DNA of 64,000 nucleotides from NCBI GenBank assembly GCA_965219095.1, contig CBDCMT010000001.1:1984001-2048000 (forward strand), in the 5' to 3' direction. This stretch comes from Bdellovibrionales bacterium (GTDB lineage: Bacteria; Bdellovibrionota; Bdellovibrionia; Bdellovibrionales; UBA1609). Numbering within the stretch: position 1 is the stretch's first letter; each line of letters starts with the position of its first letter. The position numbers and the translations under genes were made by a program. Below are positions 53,350 to 62,357 of this stretch, in pieces. The notes below the pieces were generated by a model. The model worked only from the letters and a program-made list of their open reading frames with translations. It searched no databases and was not told where the DNA came from.

Positions 53350-54414
53350 GTGTCGAAAAAAGATTTAGTTACACAAATTCAAGGGTATGATTTTCTAGCT
53401 ACTTACAAAGTAGAAAGAAGTGCCAACATCAAGATAAAACTCCAAGCTTTGCAGCATATGCAAGAAGGAAAATCGATTCAAGAAACAGCAAGTATAGTTT
53501 TCTATCACCGTCACAGTATCAAATCCTGGTTACAGTCTTTTGTAGACTTTGATTACGAGGGGTTGATAGATCGAGAAGGCAGAGGGCGCAAGCCTCGTTT
53601 ACCAGTGACAGAAGAAGAGAACTTCAAAATCAAGTTAGATGAAATTCAAGACAAGAGAGAAGGAGGAAGCATAGGAGCAAAGGGAATACAGGAACTTTTA
53701 GCAAATGAATTTGACTGTTGCTATTCTCTTTCTGGGGTTTATGCTCTTTTAGACCGTCTTAATATTGTATGGATCAGTGGTCGTTCTCTTCATCCTAAAA
53801 CTTCACAAGAAGCTATGGAACAGTTTAAGGAACATTTTCCAGAAGAGGTGGAGAAAATAAAGGAAAAGATTCAGACTCATAAAATAGAGATTTGGTGGCA
53901 GGATGAATGCAGAATAGGCCAGCAAGGTTCTTTAAGCAGGATTTGGGCAAGAAAAGGCACACGACCTAGAGTTGTGAGACAAAGACAATTTTTATCCACT
54001 TATATTTTTGGAGCAGTTTGTCCGGATAAAGATAAAGGCTGTGCTTGGGTTTTACCGGAATGTAATTCAGGGATGATGCAAATTCACTTAGATGAGATAT
54101 CTAAAAATATTCAAGAAAACTATCATGGAATTGTTTTAATGGACAGAGCCAGTTGGCATACCACAGAGACTTTGATAGTTCCTAAGAATTTATCCCTGAT
54201 GCCTTTACCTCCTTATAGTCCAGAATTAAATCCCATGGAACAAGTCTGGCAACAATTACGAAGGATCAAATTATCGAATGCATGTTTTAAAAACTATGAC
54301 CATATACTGAATACTTGTTGTGAGGCCTGGAATACTTTTTGCGATCAGGAGGGCAGGATTAAAAAATTATGCACTCGATCTTGGGCAAAACAACAAGATG
54401 AATCAAGCTTGTAA
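53350..54414 (+). CDS. IS630 transposase (single intact ORF)
   Basis: WWQDECRIG, LMDRASWH, LPPYSPELNPMEQVW. Confidence 0.92.
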   Translation: MSKKDLVTQIQGYDFLATYKVERSANIKIKLQALQHMQEGKSIQETASIVFYHRHSIKSWLQSFVDFDYEGLIDREGRGRKPRLPVTEEENFKIKLDEIQDKREGGSIGAKGIQELLANEFDCCYSLSGVYALLDRLNIVWISGRSLHPKTSQEAMEQFKEHFPEEVEKIKEKIQTHKIEIWWQDECRIGQQGSLSRIWARKGTRPRVVRQRQFLSTYIFGAVCPDKDKGCAWVLPECNSGMMQIHLDEISKNIQENYHGIVLMDRASWHTTETLIVPKNLSLMPLPPYSPELNPMEQVWQQLRRIKLSNACFKNYDHILNTCCEAWNTFCDQEGRIKKLCTRSWAKQQDESSL

Positions 54415-54610
54415 ATTAATTTGAACCTATAAATTAAATTGCGTAACTGATTTTTTTCATTTTACATCTTAACCTCACTTTTTTACATTTATTTTAACCC
54501 ATCAATCGATTCACACAACAATAGATATACATAAAATAAACATATCTTATGAAAACTCAACCTCCCTTCAAAAAAAACTTTTTTAAAGCCTCCTAATTGA
54601 AACTTTTCCT

Positions 54611-56130
54611 GGCTCCTCCCGGGAATCTGTGGGTGAAAAGTAGTAGAAATCCCCCAAAAAGGCTCATATTAATCAAAGTAAGAGTAAGACATTCTATCTT
54701 GTATTTTTGAGTTCTTTGAGGCCCTTACTGGCCTCTATCACCTCCGGTGATTGAACTCAAAAACATTCATTTTATTTGCTTTTATTTGCTGTGTTACATT
54801 AAAATTTTAAAAAAGAAGCACCTACTTCCCAGATGCCTTAAAATGTTATTCAAAAAAAAAAAAAAGGAGGGAAGAGATGCTTTTGAAGACTATACTAAAT
54901 GATTGTTTAAGATGGAAGTCTTTTGTGTACGAAGACATTTATTTTTCAAAAGATAGAAAGTCAATTAATGTTCCTATTAAGGCTCGTAAAAATGGCCAAG
55001 CTTTTTGTAGTGTTTGTAAGAAGCCCTGTTCAGTGTATGACAGCAGTAAATCATCACGGGACTTTGAATCCCTTCCTATTTTAAGTTACAGGGTGTTTTT
55101 TGTTTATTTTGTAAGAAGAGTTAATTGTCCTTGCTGTGGGGTAAAAGTTGAGTATTTACCTTGGGCCGATGGTAAGAAGAGTTTAACGATCTTTTACATG
55201 AAGTATTTAGCAGACTGGTGTCGTCACCTGTCTTGGAAAGAGGTTTCTTGTAAGTTTCATGTCAGTTGGAATCAGGTCTATGCTTCGGTAGAATGGGTCG
55301 TAGAATATGGTTTAAAACAAAGGGTTTTAAAGGGAATACAAGCTATAGGTGTAGATGAAATACAATGGAAAAAGAACCATCAGTATCTCACCTTAGTCTA
55401 TGAAATAAGCAAAGAAAGTGTTCGTTTGCTATGGATAGGAGAAAAAAGAACAGAAAAGAGTTTTAGAAAATTCTTTGATTTACTAGGAGAGAAGTCAAAA
55501 GATATACGGTTTGTGTGTTCTGATATGTGGAAGCCTTATTTAAAAGTCATAAAGGAGAGGGCAAGTGGAGCTTTACACATATTAGATCGGTTTCATATCG
55601 TAGCAAGACTCAATAAGGCTTTAGACGAAGTGAGAGCTTCAGAACACAAAAAAATGAAAGAAGACGGGTATGAACCCCTTTTAACAAAAGCTAGATGGCC
55701 CTTGTTAAAAAATGCAGAAAATTTAAAATCTTATGAAAAAGTAAAATTAAGGCATTTAATACAGTACAATTTAAAAAGTATCCGCTGTTATTTTTTAAAA
55801 GAAGACTTCCGACAGTTATGGACCTATGTTCCACCAACTTGGGCTGGTAAATTTATAGACAGTTGGACGAGACGAGTCATGCTTTCAAAAATTGAACCTA
55901 TGAAAAGAAAAGCAAAAACCATACGAAGACATAAGCTACTTATTCTTAATTACTTCAAGGCTAAAAAAGCCTTCTCCTCAGGGATTGTAGAGGGTTTAAA
56001 CAACAAAGTAAAACTCACTATGAGAAAATCTTACGGCTTTAGAACCTCTAAAGCTATAAAAATCGCCTTATATCATAACCTTGGAAAACTGCCAGAACCT
56101 CCGGAAACCCACAGATTCTTTTGAGGAGGC
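54611..56130 (+). mobile_element. ISL3-family element, copy 2 (1520 bp)
   Basis: IRs as in copy 1; TSD (c/t)ttttcct. Confidence 0.95.
54877..56124 (+). CDS. ISL3 transposase
   Basis: About 98% identical to 13434-14681. Confidence 0.96.
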   Translation: MLLKTILNDCLRWKSFVYEDIYFSKDRKSINVPIKARKNGQAFCSVCKKPCSVYDSSKSSRDFESLPILSYRVFFVYFVRRVNCPCCGVKVEYLPWADGKKSLTIFYMKYLADWCRHLSWKEVSCKFHVSWNQVYASVEWVVEYGLKQRVLKGIQAIGVDEIQWKKNHQYLTLVYEISKESVRLLWIGEKRTEKSFRKFFDLLGEKSKDIRFVCSDMWKPYLKVIKERASGALHILDRFHIVARLNKALDEVRASEHKKMKEDGYEPLLTKARWPLLKNAENLKSYEKVKLRHLIQYNLKSIRCYFLKEDFRQLWTYVPPTWAGKFIDSWTRRVMLSKIEPMKRKAKTIRRHKLLILNYFKAKKAFSSGIVEGLNNKVKLTMRKSYGFRTSKAIKIALYHNLGKLPEPPETHRFF

Positions 56131-56203
56131 TTTTTCCTTAAGTCAATTTTAAAATTTTAAATTTGAACATAAAAATGTCGAATTAATTTCTGTAATTGGT
56201 ATA

Positions 56204-56468
56204 ACCAGGATTTGATACTGTGATGATGATAGAAAACTATACCTGCTGTTTCTTGAATCGATTTTCCGTCTTGCATATGCTGCAAAGCTTGGAGTTTTAT
56301 CTTGATGTTGGCACTTCTTTCCACTTTGTAAGTAGCCAGAAAATCATACCCTTGAATCTGTGTAACTAAATCTTTTTTCGACATGACTCTAAAAATTTAA
56401 CAGAGTTTTATCAGAAAGCCAGGATGCAATGCGTTAAAAGAATGTCGAATTAATTTTTGGAAATGGTA
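56204..56468 (-). mobile_element. IS630 type C left end plus first ~60 codons (inverted)
   Basis: Highly similar to 53269-53530. Confidence 0.88.
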
Positions 56469-57945
56469 TTACAACTTTCCACAATACTGTAAAGTACTGA
56501 TGCTGTTTCAACTCCTCTCTGAGTCCTTGACCCATGAAAGTTCTTTCTTCCCATCACAGAATGTCGAATCGTTCTTTCTGCTTCATTGTTTGTCATAGGA
56601 ATTTTCTCATTTTCTAAGAATAAATTTAAGCCATCCCAGTGATTAAAGCTATAATCAATAGCCTTTTTTAACCCACTCTCAGGACGAGCTTCTCCATAAA
56701 GTTTATAATACAGATCTTGCAGAGAAAGAACTAAATCCTTTGATTCTGTTTGTCTTAAACTTTTGAGCTCTTCATAAGTTTTTGCCTTTGATTCAACTTT
56801 AAAAATCTTCCCCATAAGCTTTAATACTTTTCCACACTCCTCAGGGTAATTCTGTTCTATGTCAATAAACTTTCTTATCACTGAGACCAACAAAAAGCAA
56901 GATCAATTCCCTTTTCATCCTTAAAGTGTGTTTTATAACTAACGTATCCATCTGTTAAAATAGGCCCCTTATAAGAGCCTAAGAGTTTTTTAATAGAACA
57001 GGCTGAACGGCTCTCACTAAAGTAATAAAAACTTCCTCCCTGATGACTTATAACAAACATGTAGCCGTCCTTTTGATGTGAATTATTAATAGGCCATGGA
57101 GTTTCATCAATATGAATCGTTCTGTCTAGTTTAAGAAGTTCCTCTTTGATCTTTTCTCTCACAGGCTCTAAATAACAACTCACAAAATAACAAAGATTAT
57201 AAAGAGTTCTACAATTCACCTTCAAACCATCTGATTCCATCATTCTTCTTACTCTCTCTAAAGGAAGGTGATACAAGTACTTTTGACTCGCTACTTCTAT
57301 TGCAAATTTTGGGGAGTACTTAGATCCTGGAACAATTTTCTTAGGAACAGGAGCTGATACTATGATCTCTTTTTCTCCCACTTTGCTTGCCTTCAGACGG
57401 TACTTCTAAAGACGATGCGTCTTTCTAACATAGCTTCTTACATGAACATCAACCTCTTTTGACACGTCTTGAATCTTTAATTCCTCCCACTCACTGTCCT
57501 TAGGATAACCATACTGCTGTGCTATATCAGAAAGTTCTTCGTCTGTGAGCTTATGATCTACTCTTATCTCTTTTAAGGCCTTCACCTCCCCTTCTTTAGG
57601 AGCAGGAACTAAACTCTCAGATTCAAGAAGAATTGTCTTTTTAAGCTTCTTTCTACTACGAGAAGATAGTTTTCTTTTTTCACTGGATTTTCCAAATACT
57701 ATTTTCTTGAACTTACTAAGTAGCTCATCATTAAAAAGCTTTAATTGATCTTCTTTGGCCTTTTTCTTCTTAAGCTCATTTAACTCTCTTTTTAAAAGTT
57801 TAAATTCTTTTTTATAAAGGTGAATGAGTTCATTAGAAATCAACTTTATGTTTTCCAGATCTTTTTCCTCTCGAATAAACGAAGGAAGATATTTATATTT
57901 AGGGTTTTCGCTTTTTTTTAAATAAGGAAAAAGACTCATCTGCAT
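56469..57945 (-). pseudogene. IS66 tnpC, fragmented (3' end displaced to 53157-53268)
   Basis: FGKSSEK, KYLYHLPLER, HIDETP, LTDGY, FCW, TNNEAERTIRHSVMGRKN. Confidence 0.9.
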
Positions 57946-58031
57946 ACATTAATGTCAACATGTCTGTTTTTGTTTTGAAAGCTTTTTTTTTAAAAAAAAT
58001 AAAAAAAATTTAAAAAAATAATCTAAAAAAA

Positions 58032-58361
58032 TTATCTTTTCTTAAGCTCGTACTTTCTTAAAATTGAACCATGAACTAAAAGATTCAATTCACTCCTTGT
58101 TAACTCGGGAGAACTTAAATCACTTAAACTCATAAACCTTTCTTTCTCCATCCTCTTTGTTAGTAAAACAAGACCACTCCCATCATAGAACAGCCCTTTT
58201 AATCTCTTTCTGTTAAAACCTAGAAAAAGATAAAGATCTCCCAAGTTGATCTCTCCTTCCATCTCACTTCTCACCAGATAACTCAACCTCTCAAAACTCC
58301 ATCGCATGTCTATCTTTTGAGAGCAGACAAAAATACGGTAGCCTTCAGATAAAAAGATCAT
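58032..58361 (-). CDS. IS66 accessory protein TnpB
   Basis: IDMRWSFERL, LYLFLG..RKRLKGLFYDGSGLVLLTKRME. Confidence 0.92.
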   Translation of the reverse strand: MIFLSEGYRIFVCSQKIDMRWSFERLSYLVRSEMEGEINLGDLYLFLGFNRKRLKGLFYDGSGLVLLTKRMEKERFMSLSDLSSPELTRSELNLLVHGSILRKYELKKR

Positions 58362-58589
58362 AAACTCCTCACTAACTCTAAAACCTCTTCCACAAAAACT
58401 TCTCCTTTAAAATCTAAGAAGTATCCTCCTCAGTAGAAGTCAAGGGCTGTTAAAAAACCGACTTACAAAAAATCAAGCTTCCGGATCTATTGGGAAATTA
58501 CTCAAAAGATAAAAGTCTTTTGAAATGAAAAATGTAGTGTATATTTTTGACCCCAAATTTAGGTAATTAAGACTAGTTAAGCTCTTTCT

Positions 58590-59315
58590 TCACAGAGAAT
58601 TGGAGTAAATAGAGAAGAAAGTTCTAGCCTTTAAAGAAGCTGTTCCTACAAGAAAACCATCTACAGAATCGATAGAAAAAATGGTTTTTGCTGTTTCAGG
58701 CTTCACACTGCCTCCATAAAGAAGAGAGGTGGAAGGAGGGCAGAGTGTTTTTAAAAGTTTGAAAACTTCTTCGATTTGAGAGTTATGGGCTGATTGCCCT
58801 GTGCCAATAGCCCATAGAGGTTCGTAGGCTATTATGATTTTTGAATTTTGAGATGGAAGAAGGGCTTTTGTGACTTGAGCTTTAATAATATCTAGGGTTT
58901 TTTGTTTTTTTCTTTCTTCCAGAGTTTCTCCTACACAGATCACAGGTTCTAATTTCAGTTCTAAAAGAGTTTTTATTTTTAAAGCTACATCTTCATCTGT
59001 TTCTGAAAACAAAGTTCTTCTTTCACTGTGTCCTACAAGACAACTTGTAGCACCTATTTCTTTTAACACCTGAGCAGAAAGCTCTCCTGTAAAAGCTCCT
59101 TTGGTTTTAAAATAGCAGTTTTGAGCACCAAATCTTATGTTGGTATTTTTTAACAAACAAGCCGTTGTGGTGAGGTTAACATGGGGTATAAAAAACAAAA
59201 AAGAGCTTTCTTGTTCTTTAGATATAAGAGGTAGAAAGTTTTCAAAGAATTCTTTTGTTTCTTTTGGGTTTTTATTCATTTTCCAATTCGCAGCACAAAG
59301 TACTTGTTTCACCAT
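58590..59315 (-). CDS. tpiA: Triosephosphate isomerase
   Basis: ANWKMN, GHSERR, IAYEPLWAIGTG, LYGGSV. Confidence 0.97.
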   Translation of the reverse strand: MVKQVLCAANWKMNKNPKETKEFFENFLPLISKEQESSFLFFIPHVNLTTTACLLKNTNIRFGAQNCYFKTKGAFTGELSAQVLKEIGATSCLVGHSERRTLFSETDEDVALKIKTLLELKLEPVICVGETLEERKKQKTLDIIKAQVTKALLPSQNSKIIIAYEPLWAIGTGQSAHNSQIEEVFKLLKTLCPPSTSLLYGGSVKPETAKTIFSIDSVDGFLVGTASLKARTFFSIYSNSL

Positions 59316-59326
59316 ACCTCCTTTTG

Positions 59327-60535
59327 TTAAAAAAAGATTTTTCTTAAAGCTTTTATACCTACAGGCTCTTCTCCTTTTAGAAAGTCCAGACTGGCCCCCC
59401 CCCCTGTAGAGATATAATCGATGTCTTTTTCACATCCAAACTCATGGAGGGCTGAAACTGAATCACCTCCTCCCACAACAGTATAGGCTTTACTTTTTTG
59501 CAGGACCTTAGCTATATAACGAGTTCCTTCTTTAAAAGAAGGGTTTTCAAACACTCCCATGGGGCCATTCCAAAAGATCATTTTCATAGGTTTTAGGTTT
59601 TCTTCATAAAAAGCCATTGTTTTTCTTCCTATATCACAGGAAATTTTATTAAAGGGGATGGTTTCTGTAGTTTCAAATTCTAAAGAAGCAAGAGATGATG
59701 TGACTTTATGATCTATAGGTAAAAAGACTTTTTTATCTCGTACAGACATTCTGTTTATAAAATCTTTTGCAAAAGTAAGGCTGTCTTTATCTACTAAAGA
59801 TTGACCTACGCAGTAACCTAAGGCTTTTAGAAAAGTATAACTCATACCACCTCCTATAAAAATACAATCCGTTTTGTCAGCTAGATTTTTGAGAAGAGGT
59901 ATTTTATCTTTCACTTTAGCTCCTCCTAAAATAAGAGCAAAGGGGTTTTTTTCACCGCAAGTGAGCTTTTCTAATTCTTTAATCTCTTTTTCTAAAAGAA
60001 ACCCCATGCCACTTTTTTTTATAAGCTGGGGACAGTGAAACACACTGGCATGAGTTCTATGGCATGAGCTAAAAGCGTCATTGATGTAAATATCTGTGTA
60101 GCTTGCTATGTTCTCTGCTAAGCGGACATCATTAGCTTCTTCCCAAAAAGAAAATCTTAAGTTTTCTAGAAAGATAATTTGTCGTGAAAAATTCATTGTT
60201 CTCAATAAATAGTTTATCCCATTTTTTATAGGATCTTCTGTGACAATGATCTCTTTATTTAAAAGTTTACTGAGGTGATAAGCTAAAGGCTGAACTGAGT
60301 ATTTAGGATCAGCTTTTCCCTTAGGCCTTCCTAAGTGAGTGGCTAGAACGATTTTGGCTTTTCGTTCTAAGAGGTACTTAATTGTAGGAAGGGTTTTTCT
60401 GATGCGAAAGTCATTTTGAATTTCATTGCCTTTTATAGGAACGTTAAAGTCACAACGTATGAACACCACTTTGTTTTCAAGATAGAAGTCCCTTAGAGAG
60501 GGGATTTTTTTTGTAAGAGACGAGTGGGAAGACAT
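59327..60535 (-). CDS. pgk: Phosphoglycerate kinase
   Basis: RCDFNVP, HLGRP, LENLRF, GGAKVKDKI, WNGPMGVFE, GGGDS, STGGGASL. Confidence 0.97.
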   Translation of the reverse strand: MSSHSSLTKKIPSLRDFYLENKVVFIRCDFNVPIKGNEIQNDFRIRKTLPTIKYLLERKAKIVLATHLGRPKGKADPKYSVQPLAYHLSKLLNKEIIVTEDPIKNGINYLLRTMNFSRQIIFLENLRFSFWEEANDVRLAENIASYTDIYINDAFSSCHRTHASVFHCPQLIKKSGMGFLLEKEIKELEKLTCGEKNPFALILGGAKVKDKIPLLKNLADKTDCIFIGGGMSYTFLKALGYCVGQSLVDKDSLTFAKDFINRMSVRDKKVFLPIDHKVTSSLASLEFETTETIPFNKISCDIGRKTMAFYEENLKPMKMIFWNGPMGVFENPSFKEGTRYIAKVLQKSKAYTVVGGGDSVSALHEFGCEKDIDYISTGGGASLDFLKGEEPVGIKALRKIFF

Positions 60536-60536
60536 C

Positions 60537-61544
60537 TTAGAAGCTTTCTTTAGCAACGTAGTGGGCTAGATCTATCATGCGGTGAGAAAATCCTATTTCA
60601 TTATCATACCAAGAAAGCACTTTAGCCATTTTGTTTTCTATGACCATGGTGGAATCTGTATCAATAATAGAGCTGTGTGTATTACCTGTAAAGTCAATAC
60701 TAGTCAGGGGAGCTTTTTCGCAAGCAAGTATTCCTTTCATAGTTGTTTGAGAGGCTTTTTTTAAGACTCCATTGATATCTAAAAGATTTAAGTTTTTCTC
60801 AGAGGTAAACACAAAATCCACTAAACTGACATTTGTTGTAGGGACCCTTACAGCTAAACCATCGATTTTTCCTTTCATTTCAGGTAAAACGCTTCCCACA
60901 CAACGAGCCGCTCCTGTGGTCGTAGGAATGATGGAGGAAAAAGCTCCTCTTGCACGTCTTAAATCCAAGTGAGCACTATCTAAAATCCTTTGATCATTAG
61001 TAATAGAGTGAACTGTAGTCATAAGACCTCTTTTTATACCAAAACTTTCATGAAGAACTTTCACTAGGGGTGCTAGACAGTTTGTTGTACAAGAGGCATT
61101 ACTTAAAAGATTGTGGCTTTTAGGATCATAGGAGTTTTCATTGACTCCCACAACAATCATTTGATCTACGGCATCAGAGGGTGCTGATATGATGACTTTT
61201 TTTCCTCCAGCTTGAAGGTGTTTTTCTAAATCTTTTCGTATTTTAAAGACGCCTGTACATTCTAACACAATATCAGCCTGCCACGATTTCCAAGGAATAT
61301 GGGAAGGATCTTTTTTTTGTGAGATAGGTATATCTTTGTTATCTATATGAAGTGTACTTTCCGAAAAACTTATAGGAGCCTTCCAAACGCCATGAGTGCT
61401 GTCATATTTAAGAAGATGGGCTATGGTCTTTGTAGAAGCAAGATCATTAACTCCTACAATTTTCACGCCCCTTAAAAACCCTTCTTTTAATAACAGACGT
61501 CCTATGCGACCTAAACCATTAATTCCTACTCTTAATTGACCCAT
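60537..61544 (-). CDS. gap: Glyceraldehyde-3-phosphate dehydrogenase, type I
   Basis: GINGLGRIGR, SNASCTTNCLAP, WYDNE. Confidence 0.98.
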   Translation of the reverse strand: MGQLRVGINGLGRIGRLLLKEGFLRGVKIVGVNDLASTKTIAHLLKYDSTHGVWKAPISFSESTLHIDNKDIPISQKKDPSHIPWKSWQADIVLECTGVFKIRKDLEKHLQAGGKKVIISAPSDAVDQMIVVGVNENSYDPKSHNLLSNASCTTNCLAPLVKVLHESFGIKRGLMTTVHSITNDQRILDSAHLDLRRARGAFSSIIPTTTGAARCVGSVLPEMKGKIDGLAVRVPTTNVSLVDFVFTSEKNLNLLDINGVLKKASQTTMKGILACEKAPLTSIDFTGNTHSSIIDTDSTMVIENKMAKVLSWYDNEIGFSHRMIDLAHYVAKESF

Positions 61545-61568
61545 TTTTTACCTCTTTTCTTATGATCA

Positions 61569-62357
61569 TTATGACCAATTGAGTTTTTTAAAAAGTTTTA
61601 AAGCATTTTTTTTAGTTTGACAAGATAATTCATTTAAAGAGATGCTTTTGAGTTCACAAACTTTCTGTGCTGTGTAGACGATAAGGCTGGGCTTGTTTGT
61701 CTTTCCCCTGTGGGGAGTGGGAGCTAGAAAAGGGCTGTCTGTTTCTATATGAAGTTTGTCTAAGGGAGTTTTTAGACAAGCTTCTTGAACCTCTTTAGCT
61801 TTTTTGAAGGTGACTATGCCACTAAAAGAAATATGAAACCCTAAATCTAATACCTTTTGAGAGAAAGAAACAGAGCCTGAGAAACAGTGGATAAGACCAC
61901 AAACTTGAGGATACTCTTTTAAAAGACTTATGGTGTCGTCTTCGGCTTTTCGTGTATGGATTTCCACAGGAAGACCATATTCTAAAGCAAGCTTGAGCTG
62001 CTTTCTAAAAACCTCCTTTTGAATCTCTCGAGGAGAATGTTCATAATAATAGTCTAAGCCAATCTCTCCTATAGCTAAGACTTCTTTTTTATGAAGATTT
62101 TTTTTTAAAAATCTTTCAAAGGCTTCATTATAGTGTTTAGCTTCATGAGGGTGCATCCCTAAAGTACAGTGAAGAAGAGGGAAATTTTTTTCTGCAATTT
62201 CTAAAACTTTATGATTGTCTTCAGGGTTGGTCCCAATATTAATAACACGTTCAACGCCTGATAGAAAAAGCTCCTTTTTGATCTCCTCCCACCCTTGATC
62301 TAACATGTCAATGTGAGCATGAACATCGATCCATTTGTAATCACAGACTTTTCTCAT
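61569..62357 (-). CDS. TatD-family nuclease
   Basis: IDVHAH, GMHPH, IGEIGLDY, IHCFSG, ETDSPFLAP. Confidence 0.95.
   Translation of the reverse strand: MRKVCDYKWIDVHAHIDMLDQGWEEIKKELFLSGVERVINIGTNPEDNHKVLEIAEKNFPLLHCTLGMHPHEAKHYNEAFERFLKKNLHKKEVLAIGEIGLDYYYEHSPREIQKEVFRKQLKLALEYGLPVEIHTRKAEDDTISLLKEYPQVCGLIHCFSGSVSFSQKVLDLGFHISFSGIVTFKKAKEVQEACLKTPLDKLHIETDSPFLAPTPHRGKTNKPSLIVYTAQKVCELKSISLNELSCQTKKNALKLFKKLNWS

Larger units (their letters stand above)
53269..56201 (+). mobile_element. IS630-family element (type C) carrying an ISL3 in its 3' non-coding region
   Basis: IRs taccatttccaaaaattaattcgaca / taccaattacagaaattaattcgaca; TA flanks. Confidence 0.88.
52950..58466 (-). mobile_element. 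Multi-ORF IS66 element: tnpA missing, tnpC broken
   Basis: GTAA termini; 8-bp TSD aaaaaatc. Confidence 0.9.
52563..58563 (+). mobile_element. Internally deleted IS1634-type element hosting nested ISs
   Basis: IRs cctaaatt(c/t)ggggt(t/c)aaaaatatacacta; 7-bp TSD taattaa; remnant homologous to the N-terminus at 23575 continues after the IS66 (KLPDLLGNYS). Confidence 0.85.

Noticed and set aside
54415..54610. Passenger gene in the IS630-C 3' region
   Set aside because: Only 8-10 codon minus-strand ORFs; at most a decayed remnant
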